Of a DNA stretch of 64,000 bases, positions 29,271 through 40,196 are shown piece after piece (positions within the stretch are counted from its first letter, which is position 1; each line of letters opens with the position of its first letter). Source of the stretch: Gemmatimonadales bacterium (GTDB taxonomy: Bacteria > Gemmatimonadota > Gemmatimonadetes > Gemmatimonadales > GWC2-71-9). The notes beneath the pieces were generated by a model. The model saw only the letters and a list, made by a program, of their open reading frames with translations. It searched no databases and was not told the origin of the DNA. The stretch is from positions 2,480 to 66,479 of the forward strand of contig DATJVM010000092.1 in the NCBI GenBank assembly GCA_035501775.1, written 5' to 3'. The position numbers and the translations under genes were made by a program.

Positions 29271-31533
29271 CGACATCGCGCTCTACGGCCTCGACCAGCT
29301 CAACCCGCCGCAGCGGCAAGCCGTCGAGCACGTCCATGGCCCGCTGCTGGTCGTGGCGGGGGCGGGGTCCGGCAAGACGCGGGTCCTCACCATGCGGATC
29401 GCGCGGTTGATTGATCAGGCAGGCGTACCGCCCGGCCGGATCTTCGCGGTCACTTTCACCAACAAGGCCGCCGGCGAAATGAAGGAGCGCGTCGGCCGGT
29501 TACTGGGACAGGACCCGGCGGGGCTCTGGATCGGCACCTTCCATTCCTTGTCGGCTCGGCTGCTCCGGCGGGAGGCGGAGGCGCTGGGCTTCACCCGCCG
29601 CTTCACCATTTACGACGAGGATGACCGCCTCTCGCTGATCAAGCGCCTGATGGAGCAGGGCGGCCACTCCACCAAGCTCTTCCCGCCCCGCCTCATCCAG
29701 GGACTCGTCTCGGCGGCGAAGAACCGCATGACGAGCGCGGACGCACTTGCCCAGTCGGCGCCGCTCGACCGCGCCGTGCAAGTTGCCGCCGAGGTGTATC
29801 GCATGCTGGGACCAGCCCTCAAGGCCCAGAACGCGATGGATTTCGACGATCTGATGCTTCATCCCCTCACGCTATTCCGGGAACATCCGGACCGGCTGGC
29901 CTACTACCAGGAACGGTTCGCCTTCCTGCTGGTAGATGAGTTCCAGGACACCAACGCGGCGCAATACCAGCTCATCCGGCTCCTGGGGCGGCACGGGAAC
30001 GTGGCGGCGGTTGGCGACGACGATCAGTCGATCTACGGCTGGCGCGGTGCCGATGTGCGGAACATGCAGGCATTCCAGGACGACTTTCCCGGGACCCAGC
30101 TGGTCCGTCTCGAGGATAACTACCGGTCTACTCAAGTGGTGCTGGACGCAGCGAACGCCGTTATCGCCGAGAACAAGGGGCGCATTGGCAAGACTCTGCG
30201 AACCCGGCGGAAGGGAGGCGAGCCGGTCACGCTCGTGGCCGCCGCGGACGAGCGCGACGAGGCCGAGTGGGTGGTGAACGAGTTCCGAACCCGGAGCGCG
30301 CGCGGCGACTGGACCTACGGCGAGATGGCGGTGCTGTACCGGACCAACAGTCAGTCGCGGGCCCTGGAAGAGGCCTTCCGGCGCGCCGGGATTCCGTACC
30401 GCATTATCGGTGCGATCAGCTTCTACGACCGGCGCGAGGTAAAGGACCTGCTGGCCTATCTCCGCCTGGTCGCCAATCCGTCGGACGACGAGGCGTTCCG
30501 CCGCGCCATCGGAGTTCCCAAGCGGGGCCTGGGAGAGTCGAGCCTCGCGGTGTTCCAGGAGGCGGCTCGCCGGTGGGGTAAGAGCCTCCTCGAAAGTGCC
30601 CGTTCAGCTGACGCGGTGCAGGGGCTCCGCCCCAACGTCCGGGAGCAGTTGCGGAGGTTCGCGACCCTGATCGACGATCTCCGGGAGCGGACCACCACCT
30701 GGCCTCCGGCTCAGGTCCTCGAACAGCTGATCCAATCCATCGATTACGAGCAGGTGCTCCTCGCGGAAGGGCCCGAGGGGGCGGACCGTTGGGAGAATGT
30801 CCGGGAACTCGTGGCCAGCGCCGCCGAATGGTCGGAGGTGGTGGAACCCGACGCGGACGAGGTGGCGACGCCGCTCGAACGGTTTCTGGCCGAGGCGGCA
30901 CTGCTCTCCTCGGCTGAAACGGTGGCGGGGAGCCCCGACGGCGTAACGCTCATGACGCTGCACACGGCCAAAGGACTCGAATGGCCGGTGGTGGCACTGA
31001 CCGGCCTGGAAGACGGCCTCTTTCCGCTCGCACGCGCCGAAGAGCAGGAGAACGGACTCGAAGAAGAGCGCCGTCTCTGCTACGTTGGTATCACCCGGGC
31101 CAAGGACAAGCTCTATGTCAGCTGGGCCAGGGCCCGGCGGCGGGGCGGGGAGCTTCGACCCGGCCGGGCATCTCGCTTCCTCGGAGCCCTTCCTCCCGGG
31201 GTGATAGAGGAAAAGCGGACCAGCAGCATGTGGGCGCCGGATTGGAGCGCGGCCTCGGCCCGGAGGCGGCCCTCGGCGCCGGCGGCCTGGGACGATGATT
31301 TCTCGGCGCCCGGAGGCGGAACCGAGGCGCCGGACGAGGTATCCCAGGATGCCCCGCGGTACGTGAAAGGCGAGCGGGTGCGGCACCGGCGCTTCGGTGC
31401 CGGCACGATTCAAGGGCTGACCGGAACTGGCAAGGACCTCAAGGTGGCGGTCCGGTTCGATGATCCCGAGCATGGGGTGAAGCAGCTGCTGGTCGCCTAC
31501 GCCGGTCTCGAGCGGGAATGGGAGAGCGCATGA
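29260..31533 (+). CDS. uvrD: UvrD/PcrA-family ATP-dependent DNA helicase
   Basis: LNPPQRQAVEH. Walker A AGAGSGKT. DEFQDTN. LEDNYRST. C-terminal Tudor-like KGERVRHRRFGAGTI. Confidence 0.93.
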   Translation: MPADDIALYGLDQLNPPQRQAVEHVHGPLLVVAGAGSGKTRVLTMRIARLIDQAGVPPGRIFAVTFTNKAAGEMKERVGRLLGQDPAGLWIGTFHSLSARLLRREAEALGFTRRFTIYDEDDRLSLIKRLMEQGGHSTKLFPPRLIQGLVSAAKNRMTSADALAQSAPLDRAVQVAAEVYRMLGPALKAQNAMDFDDLMLHPLTLFREHPDRLAYYQERFAFLLVDEFQDTNAAQYQLIRLLGRHGNVAAVGDDDQSIYGWRGADVRNMQAFQDDFPGTQLVRLEDNYRSTQVVLDAANAVIAENKGRIGKTLRTRRKGGEPVTLVAAADERDEAEWVVNEFRTRSARGDWTYGEMAVLYRTNSQSRALEEAFRRAGIPYRIIGAISFYDRREVKDLLAYLRLVANPSDDEAFRRAIGVPKRGLGESSLAVFQEAARRWGKSLLESARSADAVQGLRPNVREQLRRFATLIDDLRERTTTWPPAQVLEQLIQSIDYEQVLLAEGPEGADRWENVRELVASAAEWSEVVEPDADEVATPLERFLAEAALLSSAETVAGSPDGVTLMTLHTAKGLEWPVVALTGLEDGLFPLARAEEQENGLEEERRLCYVGITRAKDKLYVSWARARRRGGELRPGRASRFLGALPPGVIEEKRTSSMWAPDWSAASARRRPSAPAAWDDDFSAPGGGTEAPDEVSQDAPRYVKGERVRHRRFGAGTIQGLTGTGKDLKVAVRFDDPEHGVKQLLVAYAGLEREWESA

Positions 31534-31832
31534 CGATTCGGAAGGAAGATGTGCTGCACGTGGCAAGGCTCGCGGAACTCGATGTGGCCGAGGATGAGCT
31601 GCCCAGGCTGGTCGAGCAGACCGGGCGGATTGTCGCGTTCGTTGCCCAGCTCAACGAGGTGCCAGCTGGCGAAGCGGCGCCACCGTTCCTTGCCGGACCG
31701 GCCGAGGTCACCCTGCGTCCCGACGTGGTCCAGCCCTGCCACCTGAGTCGCGCGCCGGCCGACATGGCGCCCGAGTTCGCCCAGGGCTTCTTCGTGGTTC
31801 CCCGGCTCGGGGCCATGGAGGAGGCGGAATGA
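31530..31832 (+). CDS. gatC: Asp/Glu-tRNA amidotransferase subunit C
   Basis: About 100 aa. VLHVARLAELDVAEDEL. ATGA overlaps on both sides. Precedes gatA-gatB. Confidence 0.88.
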   Translation: MTIRKEDVLHVARLAELDVAEDELPRLVEQTGRIVAFVAQLNEVPAGEAAPPFLAGPAEVTLRPDVVQPCHLSRAPADMAPEFAQGFFVVPRLGAMEEAE

Positions 31833-33270
31833 GCGGGGTGGCCTTCATCGCCGGCGCGGTGGGGGAGGGTCGGACCTCCGCGGCCTCCTCCGCACGCGAG
31901 ACGGCCCGGCGGCTCCGCGCCACGGCTTCCCTCAATGCCACTCTGCACTGGTCGCAGGACCTGCTCGACCGCGAGGCGGCGCGTATCGACGCCTATCCGC
32001 CTGCAGTGCTAAGCCGGCTGCCACTGGCCGGCGTCCCCGTGGCCGTGAAGGACAACATCGTCACGACCGCCCAGCCGACGACCTGCGCCTCGCGCATCCT
32101 GGAGGGCTATGTCTCGCCCTACGACGCGACCGTCATCGAGCGCCTGCGCGAGGCCGGGGCGTTTGTGGCCGCCAAGACCAACCTGGACGAGTTCGCGATG
32201 GGCTCCTCTACGGAGCACTCGGCGTTCGGCCGCGTGAAGAACCCGATCGACCCCGCTCGCGTGCCGGGCGGATCTTCCGGCGGCTCCGCGGCCCTCGTCG
32301 CCGCGGGCGTGGTGCCGGCCGCGCTGGGCTCGGAAACAGGTGGCTCGGTGCGTCAGCCGGCGAGCTTCTGCGGCGTGGTCGGCGTCAAGCCGACCTACGG
32401 CCGGGTGAGCCGCTACGGGCTGGTGGCGTTCGGGTCGTCGCTCGACCAAGTGGGCGTATTCGGGCGCACAGTAGACGACGCCGCGCGGGTGCTTGCGGCG
32501 ATCAGCGGCCACGACGAGCGGGACGCCACGTCGGCGGCGCGCGCACCCCTCGTACCGGACCTGCCACGGCGCAGCCTGGAGGGGCTCGTCTTTGGCATGC
32601 CCCGGGAGTACTTCCCGGCCGACCTCGACGGAGCGGTTCGGGCCGCCCTCGATCACACGGCCCGCGTCGTCCAGCAGCTCGGGGGAACCGTGCGAGAGGT
32701 CTCCCTCCCGCACACGAAGTACGCCGTGCCCACCTACTACATCGTCGCGCCGGCGGAGGCCGCGGCGAACCTCGCGCGCTACGACGGGGTGCGCTACGGC
32801 CCCCGGCACGTGGGCCCCGGCGGCGATGTGCGGGCCCTCTACCGGTCCACCCGGGGGCGTGGCTTCGGCGCGGAGGTCCGTCGGCGGATCATCATCGGCA
32901 CCTACGTGCTGAGTTCCGGCTACTACGACGCCTACTATCGCAAGGCACAGCAGGTCCGGGCCTTGCTGGCGGAGGACTTCCGGAAGTTGTTCGAGGAGGA
33001 ACGAGTCGACCTTCTCCTCACGCCAACCACCCCGACGCCCGCCTTCCGGGCCGGGGAGAAGACGGCTGACCCGGTGGCCATGTACCTCGCCGACATCTTC
33101 ACCTGTTCGATCAATCTGGCGGGCCTCCCGGCGCTGAGCCTTCCGGTCGGGCGGGCCAACGGGCTCCCACTCGGAGCGCAGCTGGTGGCCCCTCGGTTCG
33201 GCGAGGCGGCCATGCTGAGCGTTGCGGCTGCGATCGAGGCCAGTATCGACGCCCTCCGCGAGGTGCGCTG

Positions 33271-33271
<1 letters not shown>
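31829..33271 (+). CDS. gatA: Asp/Glu-tRNA amidotransferase subunit A
   Basis: Amidase signature GGSSGGSAALVAAG. VKDNI motif. Confidence 0.95.
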
Positions 33272-34695
<1,424 letters not shown>

Positions 34696-34697
34696 CC

Positions 34698-35096
34698 CTA
34701 TCGAATCAGAAAGTAGAAGAGCGAATAGTTGAAGGAAACGGGATAGGATAGCGTCAGGCCAAAGAGGTAGGCAGCAAGCGTAATGCCCAGGCGGACGGCC
34801 GGAGACGCGGGCACCGCCCGACGACCTTGGAGGAGTATGGCCGCCGCGGCCGCGAGGAAGGGCATCGCGAGCGAGAGCATGAGCGGCAGGTAGAACCCCC
34901 ACGCCACCGGGGCCCGCGGAGTCGTCGCACTGCGCCCGATCCATAAAATCGGAACCACCAGAACGACCACGGCGCCCAGGGCGATCCCCGTGTAGCGCCC
35001 CCGCGGACCGGGACGGGCGGCGCTCAAGCCCAGAAGCCCCGCAAGCAGGGCCGCGTGGGCGCGGGCCAGCCCACCGGACGAGAGTTCCAGCACCAT
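34698..35096 (-). CDS. Hypothetical membrane protein (about 4 TM)
   Basis: Four hydrophobic segments. ATG at 35096 avoids overlap with the upstream M23 gene. Unusually AT-richer 3' end (FNYSLFYFLIR). Confidence 0.5.
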   Translation of the reverse strand: MVLELSSGGLARAHAALLAGLLGLSAARPGPRGRYTGIALGAVVVLVVPILWIGRSATTPRAPVAWGFYLPLMLSLAMPFLAAAAAILLQGRRAVPASPAVRLGITLAAYLFGLTLSYPVSFNYSLFYFLIR

Positions 35097-35136
35097 GAGG
35101 TCGCGGGTCAGGCGGTGGACCGGGCCGGTCGGCGGA

Positions 35137-36066
35137 TCACGGCTCGCCCGAGTCTTGGCCCATCGTGGCCTCGCCAAGCAGGCTGACGACGGACATGGGA
35201 TCCACCGTCGTGGCCCCGTACCGCATGACCCAGTGGAGATGTGGGCCGGTCACCCGGCCGCTTCCCCCGACCCGCCCGATGACCTCGCCCCGCTTCACCA
35301 ACTGGCCCGGCCTGACCAGAGCCTGACTCAGGTGAAAGTACGCCGAGATGAGCCCGTCGCCGTGATCGAGGTAAATCACCTTGCCGGCGAGGTAGAAGTT
35401 GGCGACCAGCGCGACGCGCCCGTTGTTAGTGGCCCGGACCGGATCGCCGATGGCCCCGGCAAAGTCGGTCCCCAGGTGCCGGCTCACCACGGCTCCGTTG
35501 TATTGTCGCGTGGTACCGAAAGCGCTGGTTATCCGGCTGGGCCGGGGCAGGAGGAATCCGTCGGTCCACAGTCGCGGCGTCTGGTGCGCCCGGCGACTCA
35601 CCCGCCGAGCCAGCGCGTTGTCGCGGGCGACTCTCCGCTCTGCGGCACGGTCCGGCTCCGCCAGGCCTGGGGCCACGGTCAGTCGTTCGACCGGAAACTC
35701 GGGCCGCCCCACTCCGATCTGGGTGTTGATCGTATCGCGGCCCTCTCCGTGCACCAGAACGATCATGATCGGCAGCGAGTCTCCGCCCGAGAGTGGCGCG
35801 GCAGCGACGGACTCCCAGCCCAGCCCGTCGCCTGGCAGGAAGTGCAACGGCTCTCCGGCGATCCTGCCCTCGACTCCGGTGACGATCGTGTTGAGGGTAG
35901 GGGTGATGCGGATCTGAAAGAGTGTCCCACGCCCTACATGTGCAGGACGGGTCTCCACCAGCATCTGCGCGGTGAGTGGATCGGAAGTGAAGCTGGCTAA
36001 CAGGAGCACGAACCAGGCAGCGGGGGCAGCCTTCCGCGACTGAAGTCGCCTGACTAAGCCGCCCAC
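35137..36066 (-). CDS. M23-family metalloendopeptidase
   Basis: HLGTDFAG (HxxxD) and GPHLHWVM (HxH) motifs. GTG at 36066 gives the signal peptide RKAAPAAWFVLLLASFTSDPLTAQ. The start is uncertain. Confidence 0.8.
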   Translation of the reverse strand: MGGLVRRLQSRKAAPAAWFVLLLASFTSDPLTAQMLVETRPAHVGRGTLFQIRITPTLNTIVTGVEGRIAGEPLHFLPGDGLGWESVAAAPLSGGDSLPIMIVLVHGEGRDTINTQIGVGRPEFPVERLTVAPGLAEPDRAAERRVARDNALARRVSRRAHQTPRLWTDGFLLPRPSRITSAFGTTRQYNGAVVSRHLGTDFAGAIGDPVRATNNGRVALVANFYLAGKVIYLDHGDGLISAYFHLSQALVRPGQLVKRGEVIGRVGGSGRVTGPHLHWVMRYGATTVDPMSVVSLLGEATMGQDSGEP

Positions 36067-36974
36067 GGCTTCTTCACGACCGCGCCAGGCCAGAAATCCA
36101 GGTCCCGCTCCGGAAGACCGAAGTGCCGTTCGGCCGTCTCCCGAAGGCGGCCCGAGTCGTGCCAGCCTCCCGAGCGCAGCGCCTCCCGCCGCATCCGCTT
36201 GGCCATGCGAAGCGGAACCTCGCCGGATGGGTCGTGCCTTCGTGGCTCCGCCTCGGTGCGGCTGAGGAGGTCCATGATGTAGTCGAACGACAGCGCCACG
36301 TGGCGTTCGATGTCCATGATCGGAAGGTCCCACCGGCTTCGCTTCTCCGCCACCTGGAAGGCGCGTTGCCAGCCCTGCGTCTCGGTCAGATGGACGATCC
36401 CGCGAAACAGCCGACGGTTGGTCTTCACGCTGAAGATCGTTGGCGCGATGATGCGGTCCAGATGCGCGTCCGCCGGAGAGTGATCCAGCAGGATCACCTC
36501 CTTCGCGGTGCGGGCGAAGCTGTCACCGAGTGGCGTCTCGAAGCGGCTTTCCCAGTAGGAGTGCCCGAATCCCGTGGTGCTGCTGGTCAGCACCAGTTGC
36601 CTCGGGACGAAGTAGTTATGCGCGACGACATCGGCCGCCAGGTGCGAGAGGTAGCCGAGGCCGAAGGCACGCAAGGCGTCGCTCCGGGCCAGGTCGAAGA
36701 TCTCCTGCCCGACCACCCAGGAATGACAGTGGCGGCCCACCGGGGCGTACTTTTTCGCAATGGAGCTGTCGGCGGCGATGTTCCCGTACAGGAAATCAAA
36801 GGGAAAGGCCCGGAGCAGGTCGCCCACCAGTGCGGGCAGCCCTCCCAGGTTGGCGAGCACCGTTTCTCCGAGGTAGATGTGGGTGCCCGGAGTCCAGGCG
36901 TATAGCGGTGCGGGGAGCAGCGCGCCGACCAGCAGCGCCGCGACGAGAATGGGCAGAATCCGGCCGGGCTTCAC
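36054..36974 (-). CDS. Zinc-dependent phospholipase C-like family protein
   Basis: Signal/TM, then WTPGTHIYLGE, YGNIAADS and GYLSHLAADVVAHNYFVP motifs. GTGA overlap with the upstream DUF948 gene at 36971-36974. Confidence 0.65.
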   Translation of the reverse strand: MKPGRILPILVAALLVGALLPAPLYAWTPGTHIYLGETVLANLGGLPALVGDLLRAFPFDFLYGNIAADSSIAKKYAPVGRHCHSWVVGQEIFDLARSDALRAFGLGYLSHLAADVVAHNYFVPRQLVLTSSTTGFGHSYWESRFETPLGDSFARTAKEVILLDHSPADAHLDRIIAPTIFSVKTNRRLFRGIVHLTETQGWQRAFQVAEKRSRWDLPIMDIERHVALSFDYIMDLLSRTEAEPRRHDPSGEVPLRMAKRMRREALRSGGWHDSGRLRETAERHFGLPERDLDFWPGAVVKKPWAA

Positions 36975-37426
36975 CGCCTGCGCCTCCCAACCAGCAACCG
37001 GCGCAGTCGGACGAACCACCCGGTGCCCGTACGCAGGCGACGGAGGGTGACGGCCAGATCGAGCGCTGTTTCTTCGACCTCCTCCTCCACCACATCGTAG
37101 AGGGCTTCGAGGTTGGCGAGCCGGTCCCCGAGGCCGGCCCGGAGCCGACGGCTGGCATTGACCAGCTCTTCTGCCTCGCCGCTCACCATGCCCGCGAGGC
37201 GCTGCCCCTCGCTCGACACGGCCTCGATCGCCCCCAGGGCGGGCGCCAGGTCACCGCGCAGCGAGCGGATCAAGGCCGAGAGCTCCCGCATCTCGAGCAC
37301 AGCCTGACGGACCGCGAAGAAGATGGCCGCGGCGATCAGCGCGAACGCCAGGGCAATGACCACCAGCGAGACCGCCACGGTTGGGCCGACCCAACCCGCA
37401 CTCCCGCCGGCCTGCATGAGCAGCAT
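36971..37426 (-). CDS. DUF948-like membrane-anchored coiled-coil protein
   Basis: 151 aa. One N-terminal TM (VAVSLVVIALAFALIAAAIFFAV), then helical repeats and an Arg-rich tail. Only the 3' 152 codons of the 605-aa track ORF are taken; the rest is antisense to murA. Confidence 0.6.
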   Translation of the reverse strand: MLLMQAGGSAGWVGPTVAVSLVVIALAFALIAAAIFFAVRQAVLEMRELSALIRSLRGDLAPALGAIEAVSSEGQRLAGMVSGEAEELVNASRRLRAGLGDRLANLEALYDVVEEEVEETALDLAVTLRRLRTGTGWFVRLRRLLVGRRRR

Positions 37427-37495
37427 CCGTGTCCTCCTCCCGCCAGAAGATACACCCACGCTTGACGCTTGCACCATGCGTCGAGAGCTTACGCC

Positions 37496-38776
37496 ATGCC
37501 TTCGCGCTTTCTGGTTCGCGGTGGACGCCCGCTCACCGGCACGGTCCGCCCGGCGGGGAACAAGAACGCGGCGCTCCCGGCCATCGCCGCGACGCTGCTG
37601 GCCGATGGTCCCGTCGAGCTCGGCAACATGCCGCGCATTCGTGACGTCGAAACCATGCTGGAGCTGGTGGCGGACCTCGGCGCCGGAGTGGAGTGGACCG
37701 GCGATAACCTGGTTCGGATCGACGCGCGATCGGCCCAGCCCAAGCCCCTCAATCCCGAACTCTGCGCGCGCATTCGGGCCTCCATTCTCCTCGCCGGCCC
37801 CCTGCTGGCCCGGTTTGGCCGGGTCACCCTCCCGCCACCGGGCGGCGACGTGATCGGCCGGCGGCGCATCGATACCCATTTTCTGGCGCTGGAACAGCTG
37901 GGCGCGTCGCTCGCGCTCGGTGACCGCTACCAACTGGAGGCCCGGCACCTGAGCGGCGCCGAGATCTTTCTGGACGAGCCCAGCGTCACTGGCACCGAGA
38001 ACTGCCTCATGGCGGCCGTCGTCGCCAGAGGCCGGACTGTCATCCGGAATGCCGCCGCCGAGCCCCATGTCCAGGACGTGGCCCGGCTCCTCAACGCGAT
38101 GGGGGCACGGATCGAGGGCATCGGCACCAACGTCTACACTATCGACGGGGGCCAGCCGTTGCATGGCACCACCTTCGAGATCGGGCCGGACCATATCGAG
38201 GTCGCGAGCTTCATCGGCCTCGCCGCAGTCACCAACGGCCAGGTCACCGTCGAGCCGGTGCGGTCCGACGACCTGCGGAGCACCCTGCTCGGCTTTGACC
38301 GTTTGGGGGTCCGGCCGCGGGTGGATGGGATCCGGCTGATTGTCGACGCGGGGCAGGAACGTCGGGTCCGCGCCGATCTGGGTGGCCACGTTCCCAAACT
38401 CGAGGACGGTCCCTGGCCCGCCTTTCCGGCTGATGCCATGTCCATTGCGCTGGTCACAGCAACGCAGTGCGAGGGGATGGTCCTGATCTTCGAGAAGATG
38501 TTCGAGTCCCGCCTGTTCTTTGTGGACAAGCTCGTGGGCATGGGAGCCCGGATCGTGCTGTGCGACCCGCACCGGGCAGTGATCGCGGGTCCCTCGCGAC
38601 TCCGGGGCGGGACGGTGGAATCGCCCGACATCCGGGCCGGCATGGCGATCCTGCTGGCCGCGCTGGCGGCGGAAGGTCCGAGTACCATCCACAACATCGG
38701 ACAGATCGAACGCGGTTACGAGAACATCGATGCCCGCCTCCAAGCCCTCGGCGCCGACATCACCCGCCTCGAGTAG
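37496..38776 (+). CDS. murA: UDP-N-acetylglucosamine 1-carboxyvinyltransferase
   Basis: [48 protein letters not shown]-terminus. C-terminal [17 protein letters not shown]. Confidence 0.95.
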   Translation: MPSRFLVRGGRPLTGTVRPAGNKNAALPAIAATLLADGPVELGNMPRIRDVETMLELVADLGAGVEWTGDNLVRIDARSAQPKPLNPELCARIRASILLAGPLLARFGRVTLPPPGGDVIGRRRIDTHFLALEQLGASLALGDRYQLEARHLSGAEIFLDEPSVTGTENCLMAAVVARGRTVIRNAAAEPHVQDVARLLNAMGARIEGIGTNVYTIDGGQPLHGTTFEIGPDHIEVASFIGLAAVTNGQVTVEPVRSDDLRSTLLGFDRLGVRPRVDGIRLIVDAGQERRVRADLGGHVPKLEDGPWPAFPADAMSIALVTATQCEGMVLIFEKMFESRLFFVDKLVGMGARIVLCDPHRAVIAGPSRLRGGTVESPDIRAGMAILLAALAAEGPSTIHNIGQIERGYENIDARLQALGADITRLE

Positions 38777-38786
38777 GCCCCGCCCC

Positions 38787-39560
38787 ATGCCTCCGCCCGG
38801 CCTGAGTGTGCAGGAAGTCGCCGTTCCCGGCCCGGTTCCCCGCTTCGAGATTCCGGAATGGCGCGAGCGCTACGGGGTCGTCGCCGGCGTCACCGGGCGA
38901 GGTGATGGTCCGGGGAGAGGCTTCGACCTGGGGCTCTGGACCGATGCGCCCGTGGGCGAGGTCATGACGCGCTGGGCCCAGTTTCGCCGAGTGGAGCCCG
39001 GGTTCAGCGGAGTCGTGCTGGGGAATCAGGTCCACGGAATCGAAGTGATGTGCCATCCCGGGGGAACCGGGTGGATCCAAGTCGAGGGGATCGATGGCCA
39101 CGTCACGGCAGCGCCCGGCCTCCTGCTGACGGTCACCGTGGCAGACTGCATCCCGGTGTATCTCGTGGCCCCCGAAGTGCCGGCGGTGGCGTTGGTCCAT
39201 AGCGGCTGGCGCGGAACGGCAGGCGGGATTCTCCAGCGCGCGGTGGAGAAGCTGGGCGAAGTTTATCAGGCGGCTGTTGATAATATGGTAATGCACTGTG
39301 GAGTCGGGATTTGTGGGGCGTGTTATGAAGTTGGACGTGAGGTCATGGATGGGTGTGGGATCGAGGCGGTGGGGTCCGGGCCCTGGCATGCGGAGCTGCG
39401 CGCCATTCTGGCGGAGCAGGGGCGCGGGCTTGGGCTGAGACACATTTCCACATCACACTGGTGTTCACGGCACGACATGCGGCACTTCTACAGCCATCGC
39501 GGGTCCGGGGGGCGAGACGGCCGCATGGTGGCGTACCTTGGCCTCCCCGCTTCGGCTTGA
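38787..39560 (+). CDS. pgeF: YfiH/PgeF (DUF152) polyphenol-oxidase-like purine nucleoside phosphorylase
   Basis: VHGIEV, DGHVT, ADCIPVYL, VHSGWRGTAGGI, CGACYEVG motifs. Confidence 0.85.
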   Translation: MPPPGLSVQEVAVPGPVPRFEIPEWRERYGVVAGVTGRGDGPGRGFDLGLWTDAPVGEVMTRWAQFRRVEPGFSGVVLGNQVHGIEVMCHPGGTGWIQVEGIDGHVTAAPGLLLTVTVADCIPVYLVAPEVPAVALVHSGWRGTAGGILQRAVEKLGEVYQAAVDNMVMHCGVGICGACYEVGREVMDGCGIEAVGSGPWHAELRAILAEQGRGLGLRHISTSHWCSRHDMRHFYSHRGSGGRDGRMVAYLGLPASA

Positions 39561-39655
39561 CGATAGCGATCCACCGCTCAGCGCATTGACGGGGCGTGAT
39601 GCGCCGCCTATACTTCCGCGGTTGTCAGGGGAGCTCCAGCCGGGTCGGTGTCGAT

Positions 39656-39682
39656 GTGGGGGAGTTCCCCCACATTTTTTTT
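39656..39682 (+). terminator. Canonical intrinsic terminator / leader attenuator directly upstream of rimP
   Basis: GTGGGGG-AGTT-CCCCCAC forms a 7-bp stem with a 4-nt loop. It is followed by A and T8, a very unusual T-run in this GC-rich DNA. The T-tract ends 6 nt (39683-39688) before the rimP ATG at 39689. Confidence 0.7.
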
Positions 39683-39688
39683 GGTGCG

Positions 39689-40177
39689 ATGGGTGCCTCG
39701 CCGCTCGAAGCTGTCCGCCGCCACGTCACGGCACTGGGGTTCGAGCTCATCGAATTCCGGATGTCGGGCCCGCCCCAGCGCCCGTCCATTCAGGTTCGGA
39801 TCGATCGCCCGGAGAGTCGCCCGGGATACGGCGTCACGGCGGAGGATTGCGCCCGAGTGAGCCGAGTGCTGGAGCGGTGGCTGGAGGGGGAGGGAGGCGT
39901 TGGCCGCCGCTATCAGCTGCAGGTCTCCTCGCCCGGGTTCGAGCGACCCGTCCGCTTTCCCGAACACTGGCGTCGGTACGTGGGCCGGACGGTGCGGGTG
40001 TCCGCGCGGGACCTCGCGGGCCATCCCCGGGTCGTGATTCTGGGGGTGCCGGACGACTTTCACGTCACCTTCCGGCTGCCCGACGGCTCCGAGACGACGC
40101 TGGCCCTGGACGCGATCCGCGAGGCGCTCTTGCAGGAGACCGAACCACCGGCGGCCCACCCGGGCCGCAGGCCATAA
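39689..40177 (+). CDS. rimP: Ribosome maturation factor RimP
   Basis: LEAVRRHVTALGFELIEFRMSG matches the RimP N-terminus. Precedes nusA. Codons upstream of 39689 (cta, tgt, att, ttt, ttt, ggt) look non-coding. Confidence 0.85.
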   Translation: MGASPLEAVRRHVTALGFELIEFRMSGPPQRPSIQVRIDRPESRPGYGVTAEDCARVSRVLERWLEGEGGVGRRYQLQVSSPGFERPVRFPEHWRRYVGRTVRVSARDLAGHPRVVILGVPDDFHVTFRLPDGSETTLALDAIREALLQETEPPAAHPGRRP

Positions 40178-40196
40178 ACGCGCAGGAGAGCGAAGG

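Noticed and set aside
37427-38788. The upstream part of the 605-aa minus-strand ORF 36971..38788
   Set aside because: It is antisense to murA. Only the 3' 152 codons (DUF948-like, TM plus coiled coil) look like a real gene.
39596-39688. Upstream ATG start for rimP, as in the ORF track (MMRRLYFRGC...)
   Set aside because: This stretch uses AT-ending codons that are atypical for this genome. It contains the hairpin and T8 terminator. It adds 31 residues with no counterpart in the RimP N-terminus. The ATG at 39689 is preferred.
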